A stretch of 64,000 bases of DNA from Myxococcota bacterium. Its GTDB lineage: Bacteria; Myxococcota_A; UBA9160; UBA6930. Below the pieces are notes generated by a model. It did no database searches, had not been told where the DNA came from, and saw only the letters and a list, made by a program, of their open reading frames with translations. A program made the translations under genes and the position numbers. Positions 38,819-49,294 of this stretch are shown one piece after another (the stretch's first letter is position 1; every line of letters begins with the position of its first letter). The stretch is from positions 5,000,757-5,064,756 of the forward strand of contig OZ245002.1 in the NCBI GenBank assembly GCA_965223415.1. Reading direction: 5' to 3'.

Positions 38819-40162
38819 CTAGCTGGCGACGAAGAAGCGCCCGGGGTTGATGTGGGGGTGCTGGAAGAGGCGCTCGCTCGTGCCCGAGCGCGCGATCTCC
38901 TCCAGGTTCGACGGCACGGGCAGCCCCGACTTCGCGATCATCTCGACCGCGGCCGGCGCGCCCATCGTGTCCACCAGCACCGACGGCGGGGCCCAGTTGA
39001 AGCCCATGCCCATGATGCGGTCGACGCCGTCGATGGTCTCGGTCACCTCGCCCACCCGGTGGAAGGCGTAGCTGATGTAGCCGGCGATCACCTTGCGGGC
39101 AATCGCGGCGTACTCGCCTTCGGCGCCGAGGAAGCCCTGGATGCCCTCCCGGTACCGGCCCTGGGCATAGAGGTGGGCGACGTCGTCGATGTAGGAGAGA
39201 TCGGGGAGGCTGACCTCGGCTTCGGGCTTGTAGTCCCCGCTCACCGGATCGAGCACGTGGCGGACCTTGTCCTCCCGCCAGAAGAAGCCGCGGCCGGTCT
39301 TGTTGCCCAGCACGCCGCGCTCCATCAGCTTGTCCATGTAGGCGGGCAGCTTGTTCGTCTCGTGGGCCTCGTCGCTCGTGTTCTCGTAGACGTTGTCGAC
39401 GATGGCCCGGTGGATGTCCCAGCCGACCAGGTCGATCGTCGCCAGCGGCGTCATGGCGCGGCCGGTGTAGGGGCCGACGAGCTTGTCGACGAGCACCGGG
39501 CCGTGCTCCTCGGCGAGCTGGGCGGCCTCGTTCAGCACCTTGAAGCCGACGCGGTTCCCGGCGAAGGCCGGCGTATCCGCCGTCCGGACGATCTCCCGGC
39601 CGAGGCGCGCCCGGGAGAAGGCCTCGATGAAGTCGACGAGCTCCGGGTCCGTGTCGTCGCCGGCGATCAGCTCGGTGCCCACGATGACGTTCGGCGGATT
39701 GAAGAAGTGGAGGCCGAGGAAGTTCTTGCGGAACGCGTTGCCGCGGCCCTCGCAGAGCTTGTTGATCGAGAGGCCGGAGGTCACCGTCGCCACGATCGCG
39801 TCGTCGCGGCGCGCCTCCTCGACCCGGTCGAACATGGCCTTCTTGACGTCGAAGTCCTCGGTGAGGGCCTCGAAGACCAGGTCGGCGTCGGCGACGGCTG
39901 CATCGAGATCGTGGTCGTAGTCGCCGACGTGGGCGCGCGAGGCGACGGTGGGCGAGCGGACCTGCTTCACCGCGTCGCCGAGCCCCTCCTCGGCCTTGGC
40001 CTTCGTGCGGGCCAGGAAGGTGACCTTCGGGACGGCCTGGGTGAACAGGGCGCCGCTCCCGTAGCCCATGGTGCCGTTCGCGCCGAGGACGACCACGTGC
40101 TCGAGCTTCCGACTGCGGGCGAGCTTGCGGACCGCGGCGGGGGTGAGAGGCGGGGGGGACAT
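38819..40162 (-). CDS. 3-hydroxyacyl-CoA dehydrogenase family protein
   Basis: 447 aa. Rossmann motif VVVLGANGTMGYG, then EALTEDFDVKKAMF, HFFNPP, and a C-terminal 3HCDH domain. Confidence 0.85.
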   Translation of the reverse strand: MSPPPLTPAAVRKLARSRKLEHVVVLGANGTMGYGSGALFTQAVPKVTFLARTKAKAEEGLGDAVKQVRSPTVASRAHVGDYDHDLDAAVADADLVFEALTEDFDVKKAMFDRVEEARRDDAIVATVTSGLSINKLCEGRGNAFRKNFLGLHFFNPPNVIVGTELIAGDDTDPELVDFIEAFSRARLGREIVRTADTPAFAGNRVGFKVLNEAAQLAEEHGPVLVDKLVGPYTGRAMTPLATIDLVGWDIHRAIVDNVYENTSDEAHETNKLPAYMDKLMERGVLGNKTGRGFFWREDKVRHVLDPVSGDYKPEAEVSLPDLSYIDDVAHLYAQGRYREGIQGFLGAEGEYAAIARKVIAGYISYAFHRVGEVTETIDGVDRIMGMGFNWAPPSVLVDTMGAPAAVEMIAKSGLPVPSNLEEIARSGTSERLFQHPHINPGRFFVAS

Positions 40163-40284
40163 CGGGTGCTTGCTCCTTCCGGGGCCGAGGCCCCGCAGGC
40201 TCCCCGGGGGCGCGGCCGATCTCGCGCGTAGGCCACCTCCTGGGAGGTGCCGTGAGGGCCGACCCTAACCCACGGGGGCGAGTG

Positions 40285-40299
40285 GCGTCAAACGTGCCA
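40285..40299 (-). promoter_or_regulatory. weak candidate sigma54 (-24/-12) promoter upstream of the dehydrogenase-thiolase pair
   Basis: Minus strand reads TGGCAC-gtttg-ACGC with GG-N10-GC spacing, about 120 nt upstream of the ATG at 40162. This pattern is expected a few times by chance in 64 kb at this GC content. Confidence 0.25.
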
Positions 40300-40325
40300 A
40301 TAGTTGAGGTGCCCTTGACCGGGAG

Positions 40326-41213
40326 TCAGTGATAGCCGAGGGATTTCAGGCGGTTCGGTCGTTTCGTCCAACGGGGCTCCACCTTCACCCGGAGGTCCAG
40401 GTAGACCCGGGTCTCGAGCATCTCGGCCAGGGCATGACGCGCCGCGGTACCAATCCGGCGGACCATCTGACCGCCCTTCCCGACCACCATGCCCTTCTGG
40501 GACTTCTTCTCGACCAGCAGGGTGGCGCGGATCCGGGTGAGCTCCGGGTCGCTCTCGTCGAAGGCCTCGATCTCCACCGCCGTCTCGTAGGGCAGCTCCT
40601 GCTCCAGGGCCTCGAAGACCGCCTCCCGGATCAGCTCGGCGGCGAGGAAACGCATCGAGCGGTCGGTGACCTGCTCCGCGTCGTAGTAGGGCGGGCCTTC
40701 CGGCAGGCGTTCCACCAGCGCGTCGACGAAGGCCTCCACGCCCTCGCCGGTCTTCGCCGAGAGCTGGAGATCCGCCGGAAGGTCTGGCGGAGGCGCGCCG
40801 AGGTCGCCCTTCGTGGCGACCACCAGCGCCGGCGCGCCGCGGGCGGCGAAGCGCTCGCGCAGGGCGTCGTGCCCCGCATCCCAGCCGCGCCGGCCCTCCA
40901 CCAGGATCACCGCCACGTCGCAGTCCTCGGCGACGTCGTCGACCACCTCGTTCAGGAGCCGGTTCAGGGCCTTCGGACTCTCGTGGAAGCCCGGGGTGTC
41001 GAGCAGCAGGAGCTGCGCGTCATCCCGGCTCAGGATGCCGAGGATGCGGCTGCGGGTGGTCTGGGGCTTGGCGGTGACGATCGCGAGCTTCTGACCGAGC
41101 AGGCGGTTCAGGAGCGTCGACTTGCCCGCGTTCGGGCGCCCGAGCAGCGCGACCACGCCGGAGCGGTGCGGGCGCTCGGGTGCGGCGGTGGCGTCCGACG
41201 GCGGCTCAGCCAT
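40326..41213 (-). CDS. era: GTPase Era
   Basis: An internal ATG at 41213 gives MAEPPSD... Motifs are GRPNAGKSTLLN, TTR, DTPG, TKGD, and the KH domain KSQKGMVVGKGG. The start lies 8 nt inside the rnc end. Confidence 0.95.
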   Translation of the reverse strand: MAEPPSDATAAPERPHRSGVVALLGRPNAGKSTLLNRLLGQKLAIVTAKPQTTRSRILGILSRDDAQLLLLDTPGFHESPKALNRLLNEVVDDVAEDCDVAVILVEGRRGWDAGHDALRERFAARGAPALVVATKGDLGAPPPDLPADLQLSAKTGEGVEAFVDALVERLPEGPPYYDAEQVTDRSMRFLAAELIREAVFEALEQELPYETAVEIEAFDESDPELTRIRATLLVEKKSQKGMVVGKGGQMVRRIGTAARHALAEMLETRVYLDLRVKVEPRWTKRPNRLKSLGYH

Positions 41214-41907
41214 CGCTCTGGGCGCGCTCCAGGGCGGCCGCGGCGGCCGCGCGCTCGGCGGCCCGCTTGGTTCGGCCGGTGCCCTCGCCCCAGCGCTCGC
41301 CGGCGACCGCCACGGCCACGCTGAAACGATCCTCCGCCTGCTCCTCACCGCTGTCGCCGAGCGGCTCGTAGGTGGGCGTCTCGCGTAGCGCCGCATGGGC
41401 CCACTCCTGGAAGCGGGTCTTGGGATCGCGCTCCAGGTTGGCGCGGCCCGCCGCCAGGGGCCCGGCGAAGGCCCGCTCGACGAAGGCGAAGACCGCGTCG
41501 ATGCCCGCATCGAGGTACAGCGCGCCCACCACCGCTTCGAGCAGGTTCGCGAGCACCCGATCCTTGTCCGCACCGCCGGACTGGAGCTCGGTGCGTCCGA
41601 GCTGCACGTACCGGCCGAGGGAGAGCTCGCGGGCCCGCGCCGCGAGAGAATCCGTGTTCACCAGGGCGGCCCGCGCGCGGGTGAGCTCGCCCTCCCGCCA
41701 ATCCGGGTGGGCGAGGAAGAGAAGGCGCGCCGTCACCAGGTCGAGCACGGCGTCGCCCAGGAACTCGAGGCGCTCGTTGCCGCGGGATCCGTCGCGCTCG
41801 AAGGCGGCGGAAGGGTGGGTGAGTGCGGTCTCCAGCAGGGAGGCGTCGAGGAAGCGGTGGCCGAGGCGCTCGGCGAGCGGGTCGTCGGGGGCGAGGGGCG
41901 CGCTCAC
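41206..41907 (-). CDS. rnc: ribonuclease III
   Basis: The GTG at 41907 overlaps the mnmA stop (GTGA). The signature is NERLEFLGDAVLDLV. The dsRBD is at the C-terminus (DPKTRFQEW...GTGRTKRAAERAAA). Confidence 0.93.
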   Translation of the reverse strand: MSAPLAPDDPLAERLGHRFLDASLLETALTHPSAAFERDGSRGNERLEFLGDAVLDLVTARLLFLAHPDWREGELTRARAALVNTDSLAARARELSLGRYVQLGRTELQSGGADKDRVLANLLEAVVGALYLDAGIDAVFAFVERAFAGPLAAGRANLERDPKTRFQEWAHAALRETPTYEPLGDSGEEQAEDRFSVAVAVAGERWGEGTGRTKRAAERAAAAAALERAQSDG

Positions 41908-42974
41908 GGCAACGGGCCCGCGATCCACCCGCCGCCCAGGACCTCGTCGCCATCGTAGAAGACCGCCGCCTGGCCCCGCGCGAGCGCCCGCACCGGCTCG
42001 TCGAAGCGGACCGCCACCTCCTGCTCCGGACCCGGCGAGAGCTTGGCCGGCGCGGCATCGTGGCGGTAGCGGATCTGCACCCGCGCTCGGCACCCGGCCG
42101 GCGGCGCCTCGCCTCGCGTCCACGAGACACCGGCGACGCACGCACCGGAGGTCTCGAGCTCCTCCGCCCGCCCGACGACGACCCGGTTGCGGGCGGCGTC
42201 CAGCGCGCGCACGTAGCGCGGCTCCGGCGTCCCGAGCGAGAGCCTCTTGCGCTGGCCCACCGTGAAGCGGTGCACGCCCTCGTGGAGGCCGAGGACCCGG
42301 CCCTCGCCGTCCACGATCTCCCCGGGCCCGGGCACCTTCTCCGGCCGCAGGCGCTCGACGACCCGGGCGTAGTCCCCGTCCGGGACGAAGCAGATCTCCT
42401 GGCTCTCGGGCTTGGCGGCGGTGGCCAGGCCGAGCTCCCGCGCGATCTCGCGCACTTCCCCCTTGCGCAGGGCGCCGAGGGGGAAACGGATGCGGCGCAG
42501 CTGCTCCGGGCCCAGATCGAACAGGAAGTAGGACTGGTCCTTGGCCGGGTCGACGCCGCGCAGGAGGCGCGGCCCGCCGCCGGCCGGGTGGTCCTCGATC
42601 CGCGCGTAGTGCCCCGTCGCCACCGCGTCGGCCCCGAGGGCCCGCGCCCGCTCCATCAGGTGGTGGAACTTGAAGCGCCGGTTGCAAGTGACGCAGGGAA
42701 TCGGCGTGCGCCCGGCCAGGTAGGCGTCTGCGAACGGCAGGATGACCTCCTCCCGGAAGCGGTCCTTGAAGTTCGCGACGTAGAAGCGGATGCCGAGCCG
42801 GTCGGCTACGCGTCGCGCGTCGTCGGCGTCGTCGAGGGAGCAGCAGCGGCTCTCGCTCCCGGCCAGGTGCATCGTCACGCCGATCACCTCGTAGCCGGCA
42901 CGGACGAGCAGCGCGGCGGCTACGGAGGAGTCGACGCCGCCGCTCAGGCCGACCACGACGCGACCGCTGCTCAC
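41904..42974 (-). CDS. mnmA: tRNA 2-thiouridine(34) synthase
   Basis: The GTG at 42974 overlaps the desulfurase stop (GTGA). Motifs are PP-loop [30 protein letters not shown] and QEICF. Confidence 0.93.
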   Translation of the reverse strand: MSSGRVVVGLSGGVDSSVAAALLVRAGYEVIGVTMHLAGSESRCCSLDDADDARRVADRLGIRFYVANFKDRFREEVILPFADAYLAGRTPIPCVTCNRRFKFHHLMERARALGADAVATGHYARIEDHPAGGGPRLLRGVDPAKDQSYFLFDLGPEQLRRIRFPLGALRKGEVREIARELGLATAAKPESQEICFVPDGDYARVVERLRPEKVPGPGEIVDGEGRVLGLHEGVHRFTVGQRKRLSLGTPEPRYVRALDAARNRVVVGRAEELETSGACVAGVSWTRGEAPPAGCRARVQIRYRHDAAPAKLSPGPEQEVAVRFDEPVRALARGQAAVFYDGDEVLGGGWIAGPLP

Positions 42975-44110
42975 GGCGCGACCTTCCGCGCCCGGGCCAC
43001 CAGCTCGGGTAGCAGGACCAGGACGCGATCGATCTGCGCCTCGTCGTTGCCGAGGCCGGTGGAGAAGCGCAGCGCCCCTCGCGCCTCCTCGGGCGTGCGG
43101 CCGAGGGCGCTCAGCACGTGAGAGGGCTCGATGGAGCCGGAGGCACAGGCCGCGCCCGCGGAGACGGCGACGCCCTCGCCGTCCAGCATCTCGAGCAGCA
43201 GGTCGCCGGCGGCGCCCTCGAACTCGACGTTCAGCGTGTTCGGCAGCACGTGCTCGGCGGAGCCGTTGCGCCGCACCCGCGGCACCTTCTCCAGGATGCC
43301 CTCCCAGAGGCGATCGCGCAGACGCGCCGCCTCCGCCGCCCGCCCGGCGAGCTCGGCTCCGGCGAGCGCTGCGGCCCGGCCGAGCCCGACGATGCCCGAG
43401 GTGTTCTCGGTGCCGCCGCGCCGCCGCCGCTCCTGGGGACCGCCGCGGATCCACGGCACGAGGGGCACCTCGGGCCGTGCCCACAGGAAGCCCGCCCCCT
43501 TCGGGCCGTAGAGCTTGTGGGCGGATCCGCTGAGGCTGTCGGCGCCCAGCGCCTCCACGTCCACCGGGATCTTGCCCAGGGCCTGGGTGGCGTCGACGTG
43601 GAGATGGGCGCCGACCCGATGGACGACCTGCGCCACGGCCGGGACGTCCTGGATCACGCCGATCTCGTTGTTGGCCAGGATCACGGCCACGAGTGCGGTG
43701 CGGTCGTCGACGGCCCGTCCCAGGGCGGCGAGATCGAGACGCCCCACCCCGTCGACAGGCACCTGCACCGCCTCGTGGCGGCTCTCGCCGAGAAAGGCCA
43801 GGGGCTCGTCCACCGAGGGATGCTCGATCGTGGTCGAGACCAGCCGGGGCCGGGCGCTCCCGGCGCACACCGAGTGGATGGCGGTGTTGTTGCCCTCGGT
43901 GGCGCTGCCCGTGAACACGACGTCCGCCGCAGCGGCTCCGATCAGCGCCGCCACCGCGTCCCGGGCCTCGTCGAGGCCGCGCCGGGCCCGTGCGCCCTCG
44001 GCGTGGGTGCTCGACGGGTTGCCCCAGTCTTCCCGCAGCATCGCCTCCATCGCCGCGGCGACCTCGGGATGGACCGGGGTGGTGGCATTGTGGTCGAGGT
44101 AGATCCTCAC
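42971..44110 (-). CDS. cysteine desulfurase (NifS/IscS class)
   Basis: 379 aa. IYLDHNATTP, the PLP lysine region SGSAHKLYGPKG, and the catalytic Cys loop SAGAACASGS. Confidence 0.9.
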   Translation of the reverse strand: MRIYLDHNATTPVHPEVAAAMEAMLREDWGNPSSTHAEGARARRGLDEARDAVAALIGAAAADVVFTGSATEGNNTAIHSVCAGSARPRLVSTTIEHPSVDEPLAFLGESRHEAVQVPVDGVGRLDLAALGRAVDDRTALVAVILANNEIGVIQDVPAVAQVVHRVGAHLHVDATQALGKIPVDVEALGADSLSGSAHKLYGPKGAGFLWARPEVPLVPWIRGGPQERRRRGGTENTSGIVGLGRAAALAGAELAGRAAEAARLRDRLWEGILEKVPRVRRNGSAEHVLPNTLNVEFEGAAGDLLLEMLDGEGVAVSAGAACASGSIEPSHVLSALGRTPEEARGALRFSTGLGNDEAQIDRVLVLLPELVARARKVAP

Positions 44111-44144
44111 GGGGGAGGAGAGTCCTGTTCGTCGCGAGCCGTCC

Positions 44145-45500
44145 TCACGCCTCGGAAGCTAGCTGAGTGGGCTCTCCGGGGGCCGCGGGGCCGCGCAGCT
44201 CGAGCACCAGGTCGCGCAGGGTGCGGCGCTCGGCGGCGGGCGCGGCGGCGCTGTCGACCTCGTCCAGCACCTCGTTCACCTCGCGGGCCACGTCGGGATC
44301 GCCGAGGGTCGCGTGCCGCGCGCCCTGCAGGGCCGACAGTACGTCGGCCACCCGCACCAGCTCGGCGGGACGGCCCAGCTGGTGCGCGCCCTGGTGCTCG
44401 CCGCCGCAGGGGGTCACGATACCCGCGGCCTCGAGCTCCCCGAGGAGCTCCCGCACCGTGCGCAAGGGCACGTCGAGGGCGTCGGAGAGCCTGTCCGCCG
44501 TCCACGGCTCGCTGCCGTCTTCGAAGGCCCGGGCGCACTGCACGGCGATGGCCAGGCCGATGGTCTCGCGCGCGGCGGGACGCGGCGCTTCGCCGCGCAC
44601 CTCGCGCCGGTAGAGGTTCAAGGTCTGGTGGGCGTAGGCCACCTCGGCGCCGAACAGCACCACGTTCCAGGACCAGTAGACCCAGATCAGGAAGAGCGCG
44701 ACGCCGGCCAGGGCGCCGAAGGCAGCGCCGTAGCGGGAGGAGCCCCGGATCGTGGCCACGAAGGCCATCTGGGCGATGCCGAACAGGAAGGCCGCCACCG
44801 TCCCGCCCAGCAGTGCCGAGCGGGGACGCACCTTGGTGTTGGGCAGGAACCAGTAGAGGAAGGCGAAGGCCATCAGCGAGAGCAGCAGCGGCGCGTACTC
44901 GATCCCCGAGGCGAGCAGCGACTCGACGCCGGGGAGCTCCCGGGCGCGCCGCACGAGCCACTGGCTCTCGATGGTGGTGCGCAGCGGGATGGCGATGCCC
45001 ATCAGGAGCGGGGCCACGAAGATCACGGCCATGTAGTCCGGGATGCGGCGCACCCAGGGCCGTTGCTCCTGCACCCCCCAGATCGCGTTGAGGCCCTTCT
45101 CGACGCCGCCGATCTGCAGGATGGTCGTGAAGATCACGACCCCGCCGGACAGCCCGCCGAGGGCGCCGAAGTTGAACTTGCCCACCTGGTCGAGCAGGAA
45201 CTCCTGGGCCTCCGGCGTCACCGCCGCGAACTGGCCCAGGAGCTGCTTCACCACGTCCTCGCCGCCCCCGATCAGGTCGACGAGGGCCACGGCGATGGCG
45301 AGCAGCGGAATGATCGAGATCACCGTGAGGAAGGTGAGGTGATAGGCGCGCAGGGTGAGCTGGTCCTTGGCGAAGCCCTCGGCGATCAGGAAGCCCAGCT
45401 GGACGGCGGAGCGCAGCCATTCGAGGGGCGCCGGCAGGGGCTCGCGGCTCCACAGGTCGTCGCGGAGGAAGGTGCGCGCGCGTTCGAGCAGGTTGGCCAC
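44145..45500 (-). CDS. YihY/BrkB-family membrane protein with a C-terminal winged-helix-like extension
   Basis: 451 aa. It has multiple TM segments and YihY-type motifs (RAYHLTFLTVISIIPLL, FLPNTKVR, WNVVLFGAEVAY). About 150 extra C-terminal residues include WTADRLSDALDVPLRTVRELLGELEAAGIV. Confidence 0.8.
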   Translation of the reverse strand: MANLLERARTFLRDDLWSREPLPAPLEWLRSAVQLGFLIAEGFAKDQLTLRAYHLTFLTVISIIPLLAIAVALVDLIGGGEDVVKQLLGQFAAVTPEAQEFLLDQVGKFNFGALGGLSGGVVIFTTILQIGGVEKGLNAIWGVQEQRPWVRRIPDYMAVIFVAPLLMGIAIPLRTTIESQWLVRRARELPGVESLLASGIEYAPLLLSLMAFAFLYWFLPNTKVRPRSALLGGTVAAFLFGIAQMAFVATIRGSSRYGAAFGALAGVALFLIWVYWSWNVVLFGAEVAYAHQTLNLYRREVRGEAPRPAARETIGLAIAVQCARAFEDGSEPWTADRLSDALDVPLRTVRELLGELEAAGIVTPCGGEHQGAHQLGRPAELVRVADVLSALQGARHATLGDPDVAREVNEVLDEVDSAAAPAAERRTLRDLVLELRGPAAPGEPTQLASEA

Positions 45501-45511
45501 CGCGGGGAAAG

Positions 45512-45902
45512 CTAGCCCCTGGCCTCGCTAGGGCACGCGACGGGCGGGGGATCGAAGGAGAGCCAGCTTCGCAGCCGGGCGACCGTCTTGGGACCGAGGC
45601 CGTGGGCCCGCATCAGGTCCGCGGCTTCGCAGAAGGGGCGCGCCTCGCGCGCCGCTACGATCGCCGCCGCGCGCGCCGGTCCGATACCCGGCAGAACGGT
45701 CAGGTCTTCGGCGGAGGCGCGATTCGGATCGAGCGCTTCGCCGAAGAGGAGCCGCCCGACCGTCGCGGGAGGGCCCTGGGGCCCCTCCGCCCAGGCCGGC
45801 GCCCCGGAGCGGGAGGCCGCCCGGGCGAGGGGCACGACCACGAGCCCCAGCGCGATCGCCAGGGCCGCGATGTCACGCCTCGGCCGCAGCGAAGGCCCTA
45901 CC

Positions 45903-45916
<14 letters not shown>
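45512..45916 (-). CDS. ComEA-like helix-hairpin-helix DNA-binding protein
   Basis: 134 aa. It has a signal/anchor, then [54 protein letters not shown] (tandem HhH). The start may be a little downstream, because the listed start overlaps lysC by 14 nt. Confidence 0.7.
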
Positions 45917-47134
<1,218 letters not shown>

Positions 47135-47144
<10 letters not shown>

Positions 47145-47181
47145 GCCGCACCCCCGGTTCGAACGGTCAGGGACACGCCGC
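47135..47181. repeat. perfect 15-bp direct repeat linking the tsaE stop and the lysC start
   Basis: TCAGGGACACGCCGC occurs at 47135-47149 (covering the lysC GTG-TCC-CTG) and at 47167-47181 (covering tsaE ..GCG-GCG-TGT-CCC-TGA). Confidence 0.95.
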
Positions 47182-47649
47182 GCTCCAGGCTTCGAGGGCC
47201 GCGGCGGCGCCGGGGCCGCCCGCCGTGGCCCAGACTTCACGCTCGTCGACGGCCGCCCCGGCGCGGAGCTCCACCTCGAGGCGATCCGCCGGCAGCGCCT
47301 CCGGAAAGCGATCCGCCCACTCCACGATCAGGCCGGTGTCCGGCGCCAGCCAGTCGCGGAGGCCGGCGCCCTCGAGCTCGGCCTCGTGCTCGACCCGGTA
47401 CCAGTCGGCGTGGACGACGCGGGTGCCGGCCGCGCTCTCGTACTCGTTGGCGATCACGAAGGTCGGGCTCGAGACGCGAGACGGATCGATCCCGAGGCCT
47501 TCCGCCAGCCCCTTCGCGAAGAGCGTCTTGCCCGCGCCGAGCGGTCCGTTCAAGCTCACGACCCATCCTCCGCCGGCGTCGAGCGCGGCGGCCAGTGCGC
47601 GACCCAACGCGCGTGTCTCAGCGGGACTCCGGGAAGTCCAGCACGTCAC
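47167..47649 (-). CDS. tsaE: tRNA threonylcarbamoyladenosine biosynthesis protein TsaE
   Basis: The C-terminal part of ORF 47167..47838 reads [16 protein letters not shown]...[16 protein letters not shown]...SPTF...HADWYR. The proposed GTG start at 47649, about 30 nt inside the nnr end, is uncertain. Confidence 0.8.
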   Translation of the reverse strand: MTCWTSRSPAETRALGRALAAALDAGGGWVVSLNGPLGAGKTLFAKGLAEGLGIDPSRVSSPTFVIANEYESAAGTRVVHADWYRVEHEAELEGAGLRDWLAPDTGLIVEWADRFPEALPADRLEVELRAGAAVDEREVWATAGGPGAAAALEAWSAACP

Positions 47650-49204
47650 CCGCCGGCTCCCCGTGCGATGCCGCTTCGCGGTAGGTGGCGAGGACGCCGG
47701 GCAGGAGCTCCGGAAGGTCCGCCGCCAGCAGGCCCGCCTCTCCGCGCTGGGCGGCGAACCGGTCGCCGGCCGCCCCGTGGAGCGCGGCCCCGGCGTGGGC
47801 GGCCTCGAAGGGCGGCACACCCTGAACGAGGAGCCCACCGATCACGCCGGCCAGCACGTCACCGGTGCCGCCGCTGCCGAGCACCGGACCTCCCGTGGGA
47901 TTCACCGCCAAGCGTCCCGTCGCCTCCGCCGTCACCGTCCCCGCTCCCTTCAGCACCACCACGGCGCCGCTCTCCCGGGCCAACGCACGGGCCGCTGCGG
48001 GCCGGTCGGCTGTGATCTCGGCGGTCGTCTGGGCCAGGAGCGTCGCCGCCTCTCCTGGGTGGGGCGTCACGATAGTGGGCGCCCGGCGCGCCTTCAACAC
48101 ACCGAGGGCCTCGCGGAAGGCGAGCAGACCATCCGCGTCGAGAACGAGGGGCACGCTCAGGCGCTCGGCCAGCCGGCGCACGAGGGCCAGGGTCTCGCCG
48201 GCGCGCCCGATGCCCGGGCCGAGCACGACCGCGTCCCGGCCGGCGGCCAGCTCGAGGATGGCCTTCTCGGCCTCGAGGGCGAAGGCGTGCTCGGAGGTCT
48301 CGGCGACGGGCGCCGTCATCGCCTCGGTGCACTTCACCTCGAGCACCGGGTTGGTGCCGGCGGGGCAGGCGACGGTCACAAGGCCGGCGCCCACCCGTCC
48401 GGCGCCGTGGGCGGCCAGGGCGGCGGCGCCGGTCATCCCTTCGGAGCCGGCGGCGACCAGCAGGTGGCCGAAGGTGCCCTTGTGCCCGTGACGCGGACGC
48501 GCGGGCAGGAGGGCGCCGACGGCGCGTCGGGTCCACGTCTCGGCCTGGGGCGCCAGGCCGGGCGCCTCGTCGAGGATGCCGATGCGCCCCACGCGGATCC
48601 GGCCAGCGTGCTGGCGCCCGGGCTCGAGGGCGAGGCCGAGCTTCGGCAGCCCGAGGGTGAGCGTGACGTCGGCCTGCACGGCGACGCCCAGCACCTGGCC
48701 GGTGTCGGCGTCGAGGCCCGAAGGCAGGTCGACGGCCAGCACCGGGACGCCGGCGGGCCGCTGCCCGAGCTTCCGGATCCAGCGGGCCGGCTCGCCCTCG
48801 ACCGGCCGGCCGAGGCCGGTCCCGAACAGCGCGTCCACGACAACGTCGCCTGGCTGCGGGCGCAGGCGGGCGTTCACCGGCACGCCGATGCGCTCGGCAC
48901 GGGACGCGTTGGCCGCGGCGTCGCCGCGCAGCCGCTCCGCCGGCACGGCGGAGACGACCTGCACCGCCACCCCGCGCGCATGGAGATGGCGTCCCGCCAC
49001 CCAGCCGTCGCCGCCGTTGTTCCCCGCACCACACAGGATCCACACCTGCCCGCCGGCCGCGAGCAGCGCCTCGGCCTCCCGCGCCACCAGCTGCCCCGCG
49101 CACTCCATCAACAGCTCGCCAGGCACGCCGCGCTCCTCGATCGTGTGCCGATCGAGCCCCCGCATCTCCTCCGCCGTGACCAGCGGCCAGCGCTCGAACC
49201 CCAT
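47618..49204 (-). CDS. nnr: bifunctional NAD(P)H-hydrate repair enzyme (epimerase/dehydratase)
   Basis: 528 aa. The YjeF-N domain has CGAGNNGGDG. The C-terminal carbohydrate-kinase-like domain has GSGGTGDVLAG. Confidence 0.9.
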   Translation of the reverse strand: MGFERWPLVTAEEMRGLDRHTIEERGVPGELLMECAGQLVAREAEALLAAGGQVWILCGAGNNGGDGWVAGRHLHARGVAVQVVSAVPAERLRGDAAANASRAERIGVPVNARLRPQPGDVVVDALFGTGLGRPVEGEPARWIRKLGQRPAGVPVLAVDLPSGLDADTGQVLGVAVQADVTLTLGLPKLGLALEPGRQHAGRIRVGRIGILDEAPGLAPQAETWTRRAVGALLPARPRHGHKGTFGHLLVAAGSEGMTGAAALAAHGAGRVGAGLVTVACPAGTNPVLEVKCTEAMTAPVAETSEHAFALEAEKAILELAAGRDAVVLGPGIGRAGETLALVRRLAERLSVPLVLDADGLLAFREALGVLKARRAPTIVTPHPGEAATLLAQTTAEITADRPAAARALARESGAVVVLKGAGTVTAEATGRLAVNPTGGPVLGSGGTGDVLAGVIGGLLVQGVPPFEAAHAGAALHGAAGDRFAAQRGEAGLLAADLPELLPGVLATYREAASHGEPAGDVLDFPESR

Positions 49205-49294
49205 CCCCGAAGCCTAGCGAGATCCCGACGCAACACCGGGGACGCTGCTCGGCGCATCACCCGTTTGCGTCGAGGGGCGTTCTCGCCGTCGCGT

